A DNA stretch of 64,000 nucleotides. Source: Vicinamibacterales bacterium. Its GTDB lineage: Bacteria > Acidobacteriota > Vicinamibacteria > Vicinamibacterales > UBA2999. The stretch covers positions 1-64,000 of the forward strand of contig DASRJE010000208.1 in assembly GCA_035649635.1 (NCBI GenBank), in the 5' to 3' direction. Shown here piece after piece: positions 17,913-26,713 of this stretch. Each line of letters begins with the position of its first letter. The first letter of the stretch is position 1. The notes beneath the pieces were generated by a model. That model made no database searches, was not told where the DNA came from, and saw nothing but the letters and a program-made list of their open reading frames with translations. Made by a program: the position numbers and the translations under genes.

Positions 17913-20360
17913 ATGCGAACCGTGATCGACGATTTCCGCAGAGATCTGGCCCATGGCGGTCGACTGCTGCGGCGGAATCCAGCCTTTGCGGCAGTCGTCC
18001 TGGGCACGTTGACCCTCTCTCTTGCCGCCACGGTCACTGTTTTCAGCATCGTCGATGCCTGGCTATTCAGGCCGCTGAACTTTCCCCAGCCGGATCGGCT
18101 GATCATCGCCTTCGGAGCGACCCCGGATCGGCCCTCAGAGCCCGCCGTGTGGATGCCGTATCGCGCCTACCTGGGATGGAAAGAACAGAGCCGGTCGTTC
18201 ACGTCGATCTCCGCGGCGTTCTTCAACGGCGTCACGGTGACGACCCCGACCGATGCGCGATCGGCTCTCGGGCTCGAGGTCTCGCCCGAGTTCTTCGAAA
18301 CGTTTGGCGTCCCGCCCCTCATGGGCCGCAGGTTGAGGCCGTCGGATGTGTCCGGACCACCCGTTGTTGTTCTGAGCCACGGCTTCTGGCTTCGTCAGTT
18401 CGGCGGCTCGTCTTCGGTCGTGGGGACGACGATCACGCTCAGCGATGTCGTCCACGAAGTGGTCGGCGTCATGCCGCGCGACTTCGATGTTCGTATTCTC
18501 GATCGACCTGAGGGGCTCGAATTCTGGACGCCCTTCAAAGCCGGCGACGCTCGGTACGCACCGGGCGCCATGGGGCCAGTCGCCATCATCGGGCGCCTGA
18601 AACAGGGAGTCACTATCGAGGCCGCCCGATCGGAGGTGGCCGCGATCACGCGTGGTATCGAGTCTGGCTATCAACTGAACTTCAATCAGTTCGTGGTGAA
18701 CGTCAGCTCGTTGCAGGAGGACAACTCGCGAACCGTCCGCTCGACGCTGCTCACCGTGTCCGCGGCCGTCATCTGCCTGTTGCTGATTGCAGCGATGAAC
18801 GTCGGCGCCCTTACACTGGGTCGCGGAATTGGACGCATGCGGGAGGCCGCCATCCGCGCGGCGCTCGGCTCCGGGCGTGCTCGACTCGTACGGCAGTTTC
18901 TCGCTGAAAGCCTGCTCGTCTCCGTGATCGGCGGGGTGTGCGGCGTTGCGCTTGCGATGATGGCCACCAGGCTCTTCATCGCGTGGAATCCGCTCAATAC
19001 ACTGCCAGCGAACGCAGTTCAATTGGACGTGCGCGTGCTCGCCATGGCCGCCGCGGCGATGTTGGTGACGACCGTCATCTGTGGGCTGGTGCCGGCCATC
19101 CGCGTCTCGGCCGCCGACCCGCATGACGCGCTCGGCGCCGGCGAGCGTGGAGCGGTGACGCGCCCGAGTGAACGCACGCAGACGGCGCTGCTCGTCGGCC
19201 AGATGACGATGTCCATCGTCGTGCTCGTGGCGGCGACGCTGCTGACGCGAACGTTCATGCGGCTCAATGAGGAGCCACTCGGCTTCGATTCATCCAACTT
19301 GTGGGTCGCATCGGTCACGTTGCCGAAAGATCCGTTCGACACCTCTGACGAGCGCAATACCTTCTATCGTCAGTTGGACGAACGCCTTCGCGCGATGCCG
19401 GGTGTTTCGGCAGTTGCCGCGAGCACGTCACCGCCGTTGAATAGTGGTCCACCAGTGACGGTCAACATCGGTCCCGAGGATTCACCGAACGCTCCGCGTA
19501 TCAGCGCGCAGGATGTGACGACAGGGTTCTTCGTTGGGCTCGACGTGCCGCTCGTTGCGGGACGCCTGTTTGACGCGAGAGACACAGCAGGTGGAGTACC
19601 CGTAGTGATTTTCAATGCGCGAGCCGCCCAGCAGATCTTTGGTGGCTCCGCCGCGGCGATCGGCCAGCACGTGCGGCTCGGTCCCGGACCCTGGCGTGAA
19701 ATCGTGGGCATAGTTGGCAACGTGCGGTCGTCGTTCTACAACACGCTCGAGTGGCGGACCGATCCGATCCTGTATCGTCCCGCTGCTCAATCTTTCGCCA
19801 CGGTCGATGATCCATCGGCAGCGGGATTTGGGTTCAGCCTCCACGTTCGCTCGAATCGTCTTCTCACGTTGGGCGAGGTCCGAGACGCCGCCAGCTCGGT
19901 GAGTTCACGGGCGCGCGTCACCGAGATGCAGCGCGTGACGGACGCGATCGGAATCGCGACGAGGCAGCCGGCACTCAGGATGAGACTTCTCTTCGGCTTT
20001 TCAGTTGCAAGCCTGCTGCTCGCCGCGATCGGTGTGTATGGCGTCGTCTCTCAGGCAGTTGCGTATCGCCTTCGTGAAGTCGCGATCCGCATTGCCGTCG
20101 GCGCGGCGCCTCTTGGCATCATCATGACGATGACACGCGGAGCGCTCGTCGCCGGTATCGTCGGACTGAGCGCCGGCATCGTGGCCGCCCTCATGTTGAG
20201 CAGCACCCTCGAAGCGGTGTTGTACGGCGTGCGGTCGCGCGATCCGTTCTCGTTCGTCGTCGCCGGCGGGGCGCTGCTCGTGGTCACGTTGCTGGCCGCA
20301 TTGATTCCAGCGTGGCGAGCCGTTCGTGTTGATCCAGCGAACGTGTTGCGGGCGGAGTGA
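17913..20360 (+). CDS. MacB/FtsX-like ABC permease (ADOP-type, no prefix domain, no PadR partner)
   Basis: ORF 17913..20360, 815 aa. Same architecture as the 12331..15045 permease (MRTVIDDFRRDLAHGGRLLRRNPAFAAVVLGTLTLSLA...; two FtsX modules). Confidence 0.85.
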   Translation: MRTVIDDFRRDLAHGGRLLRRNPAFAAVVLGTLTLSLAATVTVFSIVDAWLFRPLNFPQPDRLIIAFGATPDRPSEPAVWMPYRAYLGWKEQSRSFTSISAAFFNGVTVTTPTDARSALGLEVSPEFFETFGVPPLMGRRLRPSDVSGPPVVVLSHGFWLRQFGGSSSVVGTTITLSDVVHEVVGVMPRDFDVRILDRPEGLEFWTPFKAGDARYAPGAMGPVAIIGRLKQGVTIEAARSEVAAITRGIESGYQLNFNQFVVNVSSLQEDNSRTVRSTLLTVSAAVICLLLIAAMNVGALTLGRGIGRMREAAIRAALGSGRARLVRQFLAESLLVSVIGGVCGVALAMMATRLFIAWNPLNTLPANAVQLDVRVLAMAAAAMLVTTVICGLVPAIRVSAADPHDALGAGERGAVTRPSERTQTALLVGQMTMSIVVLVAATLLTRTFMRLNEEPLGFDSSNLWVASVTLPKDPFDTSDERNTFYRQLDERLRAMPGVSAVAASTSPPLNSGPPVTVNIGPEDSPNAPRISAQDVTTGFFVGLDVPLVAGRLFDARDTAGGVPVVIFNARAAQQIFGGSAAAIGQHVRLGPGPWREIVGIVGNVRSSFYNTLEWRTDPILYRPAAQSFATVDDPSAAGFGFSLHVRSNRLLTLGEVRDAASSVSSRARVTEMQRVTDAIGIATRQPALRMRLLFGFSVASLLLAAIGVYGVVSQAVAYRLREVAIRIAVGAAPLGIIMTMTRGALVAGIVGLSAGIVAALMLSSTLEAVLYGVRSRDPFSFVVAGGALLVVTLLAALIPAWRAVRVDPANVLRAE

Positions 20361-20501
20361 TGTGCACCGGATTTTCGCCCTCATCGTGAAGGCCTCGTGC
20401 GCCAGCGCTAGGTCCAGTGAGTTGTTGTCGCCATTCGTACCCGGCTGGTGCTAGAGTTCGCGCGGGACGTGGAAGCCGTGTCCCCACAGAAAGAACCCGG
20501 A

Positions 20502-20921
20502 ATGAAAGAAGGGTCCGCGCTCGCGGTGTTGTTGTTCCTGGCTGCTGTGGCGGCAGAGGCTCAAAACGCCTCCAGTCCCTCCATTTGGAGCGGCGTGTTC
20601 ACGGCCGAGCAGGCCAAGCGCGGGAACGACGCGTACCAGGCCAGTTGCTCTGGCTGCCATGGAAGCGATCTTCACGCCACCGACCCAGAGGCAGTTGATC
20701 TCACCGGGCCGGCCATCCGGGCCAAGTGGAATGGAAAAAGTCTGCAGGATCGTTTTGAGACGATACGCGATACGATGCCGCCGGGGAATGGGAATTCGCT
20801 CGGCGACAAGACGTACATGGACATCCTGGCGTTCATTCTTCAGTCCAACGAGTTTCCGGCAGGGAATCAGGAGCTAGCACCCGAGACGGCGAAGGTGATC
20901 GTGTTCGCGCAAAAGCCTTGA
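20502..20921 (+). CDS. Monoheme c-type cytochrome (small subunit of a flavocytochrome c)
   Basis: Start MKEGSALAVLLFLAAVAAEAQ (signal). Heme motif CSGCHG. The flavoprotein gene follows 36 bp downstream. Confidence 0.7.
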   Translation: MKEGSALAVLLFLAAVAAEAQNASSPSIWSGVFTAEQAKRGNDAYQASCSGCHGSDLHATDPEAVDLTGPAIRAKWNGKSLQDRFETIRDTMPPGNGNSLGDKTYMDILAFILQSNEFPAGNQELAPETAKVIVFAQKP

Positions 20922-20957
20922 GACGGCCAGTCCGTCATCACCACCAAGGAGAAGGCC

Positions 20958-22628
20958 ATGAGCAGTCATCCCAAAGGGCCGAATCCCGTCAGCCGGAGAC
21001 GCTTCCTCAAGACGACAGTTGCCAACGGCACGGCAGGCATCGCCGCTGCGGCAGCCGTCGGCCTGCACCCGCAGGAGGCCGAGGCTGCCGACATCAAATG
21101 GGATCGGACAGCGGATGTCGTGGTGGTCGGTGCCGGCGTCTCGGGGCTCGCATGCGCGTGCGCGGCAAGCGATACCGGCGCCTCCGTGATCATGATCGAG
21201 GAGAACTTCGACATCGGTGGCCGCGGCATCATGAGCGGAGGAAGCATCCAGCTCGGTGGCGGCCACAGCCTTCAGAAGAAATACGGAACGGCGGACTCTG
21301 CCGACATGATCTTCGCGGACTGGACACGCCACGATCACCCCGCGTCCCGCTACAGCGACCGCGACATCGTCCGTAAGTTCGCCGACGAAAACGCCGCGAC
21401 GTTCGAATTCCTGCTGGCCCATGGCGTGCAGTTCACCGGGCGCGAGGAAGGTGGAAGCGGAGCGTCGACGAATGCCGGCCGGACGTATCAGACGGTGGAA
21501 TGGCATATCCCCAGTCAGCTCGTGGCTCCCCATCGCGGCCGCAACGGGTCGGGCCTCGTGCGACGGCTCGAGGAAAGCGCGCGGAAAGCAGGCGTGCAGA
21601 TCCTGCTCAAACATTCGATGACGAAGATCATTCGTGAGAGCCCTCTGTCCGGGCGCGTCCTCGGAGTCACCGCTCGCACCGGGGGCAAGGACATCAACGT
21701 TCGGGCGAGGAAGGGCGTCTACGTCGGCACGGGCGGAAACTGTGGCAACGTGAACTTCCGCCGGACGTTCGATCCGCGGCTCACCGAGGAATACCAGCAG
21801 GCCTGCGCCCCATACGCGCGTCAGAGCGGCGACGCGGAGGTGCTGTCGATGGCGATCGGAGCCTCACTGTGGGCCACGGCGCAGCAGACATCCGAGAGTG
21901 GTGCCGCGATCACCAGGACGGTGCACATCGGGTGCCAATGGGGCTATGGTCAGCTGGTCATCGAAACCGACAGCCCGATCTTCCATCTGGCCCGCGCGAC
22001 GGGCCTCACGGTGGCGAACTGGCAAGACCTCATCCTCGTGAACCAGACTGGCAAGCGGTTCTGGAACGAGCTCGATGGGGGCTACGACTTCATCGCCGCC
22101 GCGATGGCGTACAGCGGTGATCCAAACAAGTTGAACGGCGGCGGGCCCATCTGGGCCATCTTCGATGCCGATGCCGTGGTCCGCGAGCGGTGGAATCCAA
22201 AGCCGCCGAATGTCGATCCCTTGTACTTCGCGACCGGTGCGACATTGAAGGAACTGGCGGCCAACATCAACAACCCGTACCAGAAGAGGCCGATGCCGGG
22301 AGCTGTCCTGCAGGAGACTGTCGAACGATACAACTCGTTCGTCACCTCTGGTGTCGACAGCGACTTCAAGAAGCCCAAACCGATGTACAAGGTCGAGAAG
22401 CCGCCGTTCTATGCGGCGTGGGCGACTCCCATCCTCCACGATTCGCTCACCGGCCTCAGGGTTAACACCGATCAGCAGGTGATCGATATCTTTGGTAAGG
22501 TCATCCCCGGTCTCTATACGGGGGGAGAATCGATGGGCGGTCTCGCCCAGCATGGATTGGGACGAGACCTTGTCTCCGGCCGTCTCGCCGGACTTCACGC
22601 GGGACGATCGTCGGCGAGCTCAACGTAA
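20958..22628 (+). CDS. Tat-exported FAD-dependent oxidoreductase (fumarate reductase/succinate dehydrogenase flavoprotein-like, FAD_binding_2)
   Basis: ORF 20958..22628, 556 aa. Tat motif SRRRFLKTTVANG. Dinucleotide-binding motif VVVVGAGVSGLACA. Segment ...IGGRGIMSGGSIQLGG... is typical of this flavoprotein family. Confidence 0.8.
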   Translation: MSSHPKGPNPVSRRRFLKTTVANGTAGIAAAAAVGLHPQEAEAADIKWDRTADVVVVGAGVSGLACACAASDTGASVIMIEENFDIGGRGIMSGGSIQLGGGHSLQKKYGTADSADMIFADWTRHDHPASRYSDRDIVRKFADENAATFEFLLAHGVQFTGREEGGSGASTNAGRTYQTVEWHIPSQLVAPHRGRNGSGLVRRLEESARKAGVQILLKHSMTKIIRESPLSGRVLGVTARTGGKDINVRARKGVYVGTGGNCGNVNFRRTFDPRLTEEYQQACAPYARQSGDAEVLSMAIGASLWATAQQTSESGAAITRTVHIGCQWGYGQLVIETDSPIFHLARATGLTVANWQDLILVNQTGKRFWNELDGGYDFIAAAMAYSGDPNKLNGGGPIWAIFDADAVVRERWNPKPPNVDPLYFATGATLKELAANINNPYQKRPMPGAVLQETVERYNSFVTSGVDSDFKKPKPMYKVEKPPFYAAWATPILHDSLTGLRVNTDQQVIDIFGKVIPGLYTGGESMGGLAQHGLGRDLVSGRLAGLHAGRSSASST

Positions 22629-22659
22629 GTCGGTCTCGTTTCGCTTTCGTTGTCGAGGC

Positions 22660-23655
22660 ATGACCGACCACATCGACCGTGCGGACGAGGAGGCGCGTCC
22701 GCATCCGACGACGGTGACACTGAGCCGCGCCCCCGCTTCGGAAGTCGACGCCGGCACTGAGATTGTCTTGAAAGTGAAAGTGTCATGTCCTCACGGATGT
22801 GACCTGCGCGGACGAGTCATTGACGTCGTCGCGCCCGATGGTGCTGTCGTCGGAAGCAGTCTCCTTGCCGAATTCACTGACAACGTCAACGAGACGACGG
22901 GATTCGCCTTCATCGCACCCGAAGAGGTGGGCGAGTATTCGTGGACCGTCGTATTCCCGAAGGACCGCGACGAAAGCGCGCCCGCGCGCGTCGTGCACGT
23001 GGAAGGCTTGCATCCGATTACGGTCAGGACGCTGGCACACGACACCAGCCTGGCCGTATGGGGCGTACCTTCGCCGATCGTGATCGATCACCCGTTCCGC
23101 ATTCAGGTCGGGGCAACGTGCTCCTCAGGCTGCGACCTCAGTGGCAAGGAGATCCAGATCCTCGACGAAGCGGGCGTCAGCATCGCTCGCGCGAAGCTGG
23201 GTGATACACCGTGGGACGGAACCCGGGCGCTCTATTGGACCGACGTCGACCTCGTGGCTCCCGCCAGGGAGGGTGCGACCTCGCGCTCGATCACCTTCGT
23301 GCCAACAGAATTGCGGCTGCCTCATGGCGGGGCGTCGGCTCGATTCGGATTCCAGACGGTGAAGCCGCCGCAGCACTCCGTTGCGGTCAAGGTCGTGCAG
23401 AAGGATGCCGGCACACCAGTCGAGGACGCGCAGGTGCGCCTGGGCGTGTACTTCGCCTACTCCGACGCCAACGGCGTTGCGACAGTCGCGATGCCACAGG
23501 GAACGTACAGCCTGGACGTGCTCAAGACCGGCTTCGAGGCGCCTTCACGCGTTGTCGACGTGTGCGATGACGTCACCGTGGAAGTTGAAGTGGTGGTCGT
23601 ACCGCCGGAGAATCCCGACGCGTACTGGCTGTTCGATCCGACGAAGTATCGGTGA
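22660..23655 (+). CDS. Hypothetical protein with C-terminal carboxypeptidase-regulatory-like (CarbopepD_reg) domain
   Basis: ATG 22660 (MTDHIDRADE...). The C-terminal segment VKVVQKDAGTPVEDAQVRLGVYFAYSDANGVATVAMPQGTYSLDVLKTGFE fits the CarbopepD_reg pattern. Confidence 0.55.
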   Translation: MTDHIDRADEEARPHPTTVTLSRAPASEVDAGTEIVLKVKVSCPHGCDLRGRVIDVVAPDGAVVGSSLLAEFTDNVNETTGFAFIAPEEVGEYSWTVVFPKDRDESAPARVVHVEGLHPITVRTLAHDTSLAVWGVPSPIVIDHPFRIQVGATCSSGCDLSGKEIQILDEAGVSIARAKLGDTPWDGTRALYWTDVDLVAPAREGATSRSITFVPTELRLPHGGASARFGFQTVKPPQHSVAVKVVQKDAGTPVEDAQVRLGVYFAYSDANGVATVAMPQGTYSLDVLKTGFEAPSRVVDVCDDVTVEVEVVVVPPENPDAYWLFDPTKYR

Positions 23656-23708
23656 GCTTGCGACAGTCCCCCGCTGATCGCTTCGTGACCCAATAAGGGA
23701 GGTGGCGT

Positions 23709-26390
23709 ATGCGTCCTAACTCAATCCATACGTGGAAATTCCTGTTCGTCGCAGTTGGGATTGCCGTGCTTGGGGCGGCGTTGATCGGGCAAGGCGGGCA
23801 GGCCCAGGACGGCGATAACCATTTGAAAGATTCGCGGATGTCGGCGATGGGGCGCGAGGCGGTGCTCGCCCGTCATCGAGCGGAAGCGCTGGCGTTTGGT
23901 ACCGTCGATGAGTTCGACCCACGACCGCTGGACGACACGCTGTGTTTCAACGATCCCCGGTGCCCCGGCGGCTTTCGCGAAGACGGTCCTACGCGAGCGC
24001 AGTCTGAGGTGACCATCGCCGTCGACACCAGCGGTCAACACGTCGTCATTGGCTTCAACGATTTCCGCGGGTTCAATTCCAATCCGGTCTCGCTGTCAGG
24101 ATTCATGTACTCGGATGACGGCGGCCAGACGTTCGTCGAGGGCGGACAACTACCGTCGCCTGGCACGGATACGATTGGAACGACGAGGTATCCACAGATC
24201 TTCGGAGACCCTGAGATTGAGTACTTGGGCGGCTGCACGTTCATCTACTCGTCGATCATGGTCAAGAAATTCTCGGCCACGGCCGCCGTCCAGACGATGA
24301 GTGTTCACCGCTCCGTCGATTGCGGCCACTCGTGGCAGGGACCATTTGAGGTCACGTCGGCGACGAATCCGAATGGACAGCTCACCGCGACGGGAGTCCC
24401 GCGCGATGCGGCCGACAAGGAATTCATGTCGGTCGACCCGGAAACCGGGCGCGTGATCATGACCTGGTCGAACTTCACCCCGTTGGCACCGCGCGGTGTG
24501 GAAATATCCAGCACGTACTCCGACAACATCATGGCCAATCCGCCGACGTGGTCGACACGTGCCATCGTTGCTGCTGCGATACCCGACGGTCAGGGGTCGG
24601 ATCCTGCGTTTGCCGCCGGGTCGAGCAATGCGTACGTCGTCTGGCGGCGCTCTCCGTTCCCCGGAACGTTCTTTGGGTTCGGAAACACGATCGGATTTGC
24701 TCGGTCCACGAACAACGGGCAGACGTGGAGCACGCCCATGGAACTCAGCGCTGAATTCCTGACGATGGACCAGGTGCTCGGAAACGATCGCGTCAACACG
24801 TCACCATCAATTGCCGTTGATAACTCCGACGGCGCGCGCGCGGGCAATATCTACGTTGTCTACGCGAACAACAATTCGCAGGACGGCGCGGATATCGTGT
24901 TTCAGCGCAGCACGAACGCGGGCCTGTCGTTTTCGTCACCGCTGTTGCTGAACAGCCGCCCGGGAAACGATCGGGCACAGTGGTTCCCGTGGGTGACTGT
25001 GGATAAGACCACAGGACGAGTGCACGTCTTCTATTACGACCAGGGCATCAGGACGAGCGGCGACAGCACGGAAGTGATGCACACCTATTCCGACGATGCT
25101 GGCAAGCGGTGGGTCGCGCCGTTGCCGTTGACACAGCGGCCGTTCAACGCGGGATGGGGCAATGACACGAGTCAGCCGAATCTCGGTGACTACAACCAGG
25201 CGGTCGCACAGGACGGCGAGCTCTTTGCCGCGTTCGCCCAGACTACACCGCCGCCGCTCGGCTTCATCGACGGCCAACCTGATACGTCCCTGACCGTACC
25301 GGACGTCGCCTTCCGCAGGTATCAACCGGCCGGGGGCCTTGAAGATGGCAACAGTATCAAGCCGACCACCCTGGACCTGCAGGACGTGGCCTTCACCGAC
25401 AGCGGCGGCAACGGACATCTCGATCCCGGTGAATCCGCGCACTTCCGATTGACGCTCCGCAATTACGTCACGAATCCGCTCAACGCGAGGAAGGTCACCG
25501 GAATCCAGGCGACGCTATCGACGGTGACTCCCGGCGTCGTGATCACGCAGGACAAATCGAGCTACGAGAACACCGATCCGGGGGAGAGTGCGGTCAACCG
25601 GAGAGATTTCGTCCTGAGCCTTCTGCCGACTTTCGTTGCCGGCACGCCGCTCGAACTGCGTCTCGACATCCACAGCGCCGACCGCGGAGCGGCGACGCTC
25701 CTGCACCGCCAGTTCACGGGAACACCGGTTTCGACGACGTTGCTGACCGAAAACTTCAATGCGGTTGCGCCTGGCGTGCTGCCCGCTGGCTGGACCGCGG
25801 CGCATGGTGCGGGGACGGTCACCGTGCCATGGACGACGACAAATACGTTCTGTGGCACCTCGAACGCGGCGTTTCACGCCAACGACAACGTCGGCGCGAC
25901 GCCCGCTGAACGAGCGCGCTACGAGCGCCTCTTCAGCCCACCGTTCGTTGTTCCAGGGGACGCGCAGTACGTCACGGTCGAATTCGACGTGTGCTACGAC
26001 ACCGAGGAAGATCCCAACTTCAACGTGATGGCATACGACGGGTTCTTCCTTCGACTCGCGGATCTCACCACGGGAAGGACCTTGAGGTCCGTCCTCGCGG
26101 AGGCGTTCGCGGACGAGTTCACGACGGGCGCGCTGCAGCACTATCCGCGTCACTTTCCCCGCAACAGCAACACCAGCTATTTCGAGGACATGTCTGCGTG
26201 GGCGGGATTATCAAGCGGGCTGCAACACGTCCGCATGCGCCTTCCCGGTGTCGCCGGCAGCACGATGCAATTGCGATTCGAATACACGCAAGACACTGTC
26301 GCGACGTGCGCCGATGTTCGACCAGGTGACACATGCGGTGTGTTGGTCGACAACGTCGTCGTGCGAAGCGTGAAGTCGCAGACGCCGTAG
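23709..26390 (+). CDS. Secreted BNR/Asp-box repeat protein (sialidase/neuraminidase-like beta-propeller) with large C-terminal extension
   Basis: Signal peptide. Five Asp-box motifs SxDxGxTW/F: YSDDGGQTF, SVDCGHSW, STNNGQTW, STNAGLSF, SDDAGKRW. Confidence 0.75.
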   Translation: MRPNSIHTWKFLFVAVGIAVLGAALIGQGGQAQDGDNHLKDSRMSAMGREAVLARHRAEALAFGTVDEFDPRPLDDTLCFNDPRCPGGFREDGPTRAQSEVTIAVDTSGQHVVIGFNDFRGFNSNPVSLSGFMYSDDGGQTFVEGGQLPSPGTDTIGTTRYPQIFGDPEIEYLGGCTFIYSSIMVKKFSATAAVQTMSVHRSVDCGHSWQGPFEVTSATNPNGQLTATGVPRDAADKEFMSVDPETGRVIMTWSNFTPLAPRGVEISSTYSDNIMANPPTWSTRAIVAAAIPDGQGSDPAFAAGSSNAYVVWRRSPFPGTFFGFGNTIGFARSTNNGQTWSTPMELSAEFLTMDQVLGNDRVNTSPSIAVDNSDGARAGNIYVVYANNNSQDGADIVFQRSTNAGLSFSSPLLLNSRPGNDRAQWFPWVTVDKTTGRVHVFYYDQGIRTSGDSTEVMHTYSDDAGKRWVAPLPLTQRPFNAGWGNDTSQPNLGDYNQAVAQDGELFAAFAQTTPPPLGFIDGQPDTSLTVPDVAFRRYQPAGGLEDGNSIKPTTLDLQDVAFTDSGGNGHLDPGESAHFRLTLRNYVTNPLNARKVTGIQATLSTVTPGVVITQDKSSYENTDPGESAVNRRDFVLSLLPTFVAGTPLELRLDIHSADRGAATLLHRQFTGTPVSTTLLTENFNAVAPGVLPAGWTAAHGAGTVTVPWTTTNTFCGTSNAAFHANDNVGATPAERARYERLFSPPFVVPGDAQYVTVEFDVCYDTEEDPNFNVMAYDGFFLRLADLTTGRTLRSVLAEAFADEFTTGALQHYPRHFPRNSNTSYFEDMSAWAGLSSGLQHVRMRLPGVAGSTMQLRFEYTQDTVATCADVRPGDTCGVLVDNVVVRSVKSQTP

Positions 26391-26426
26391 TCGACAAGCC
26401 AAGGCGTGAACTTCGTCAGTGGGGAA

Positions 26427-26472
26427 GGGGTATCTCGCACAGAGCGAGATACCCGTCCCGTTGGTGCTTTTT
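26427..26472 (+). terminator. Rho-independent terminator candidate after the BNR gene
   Basis: 11-bp perfect stem GGGTATCTCGC/GCGAGATACCC (26428-26438 / 26444-26454) with loop ACAGA, followed by TTTTT at 26468-26472. Confidence 0.45.
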
Positions 26473-26713
26473 GATGCCTCTTCGCCGTCATTCTGCGCAC
26501 CTTTGAACGGCGGACGGCCCACTCTCGTCTAATAGATTGTGACTATGCCCTCCATCGCCATTACGCGCCGGGCGGTCCGCGATCTCGTCGCGCTTAGTAA
26601 CACCCCGCAATAGACCCGCCTGACATAACTATTTGCGCTCATCCGGACAGAGTGTCCGGATTGCTCTCGCGCGTACGTGTGACTGTCTGATTCCTGAATG
26701 AAAGGATCACGTC

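Noticed and set aside
18135-19124. 329-aa minus-strand ORF
   Set aside because: Antisense to the second FtsX permease.
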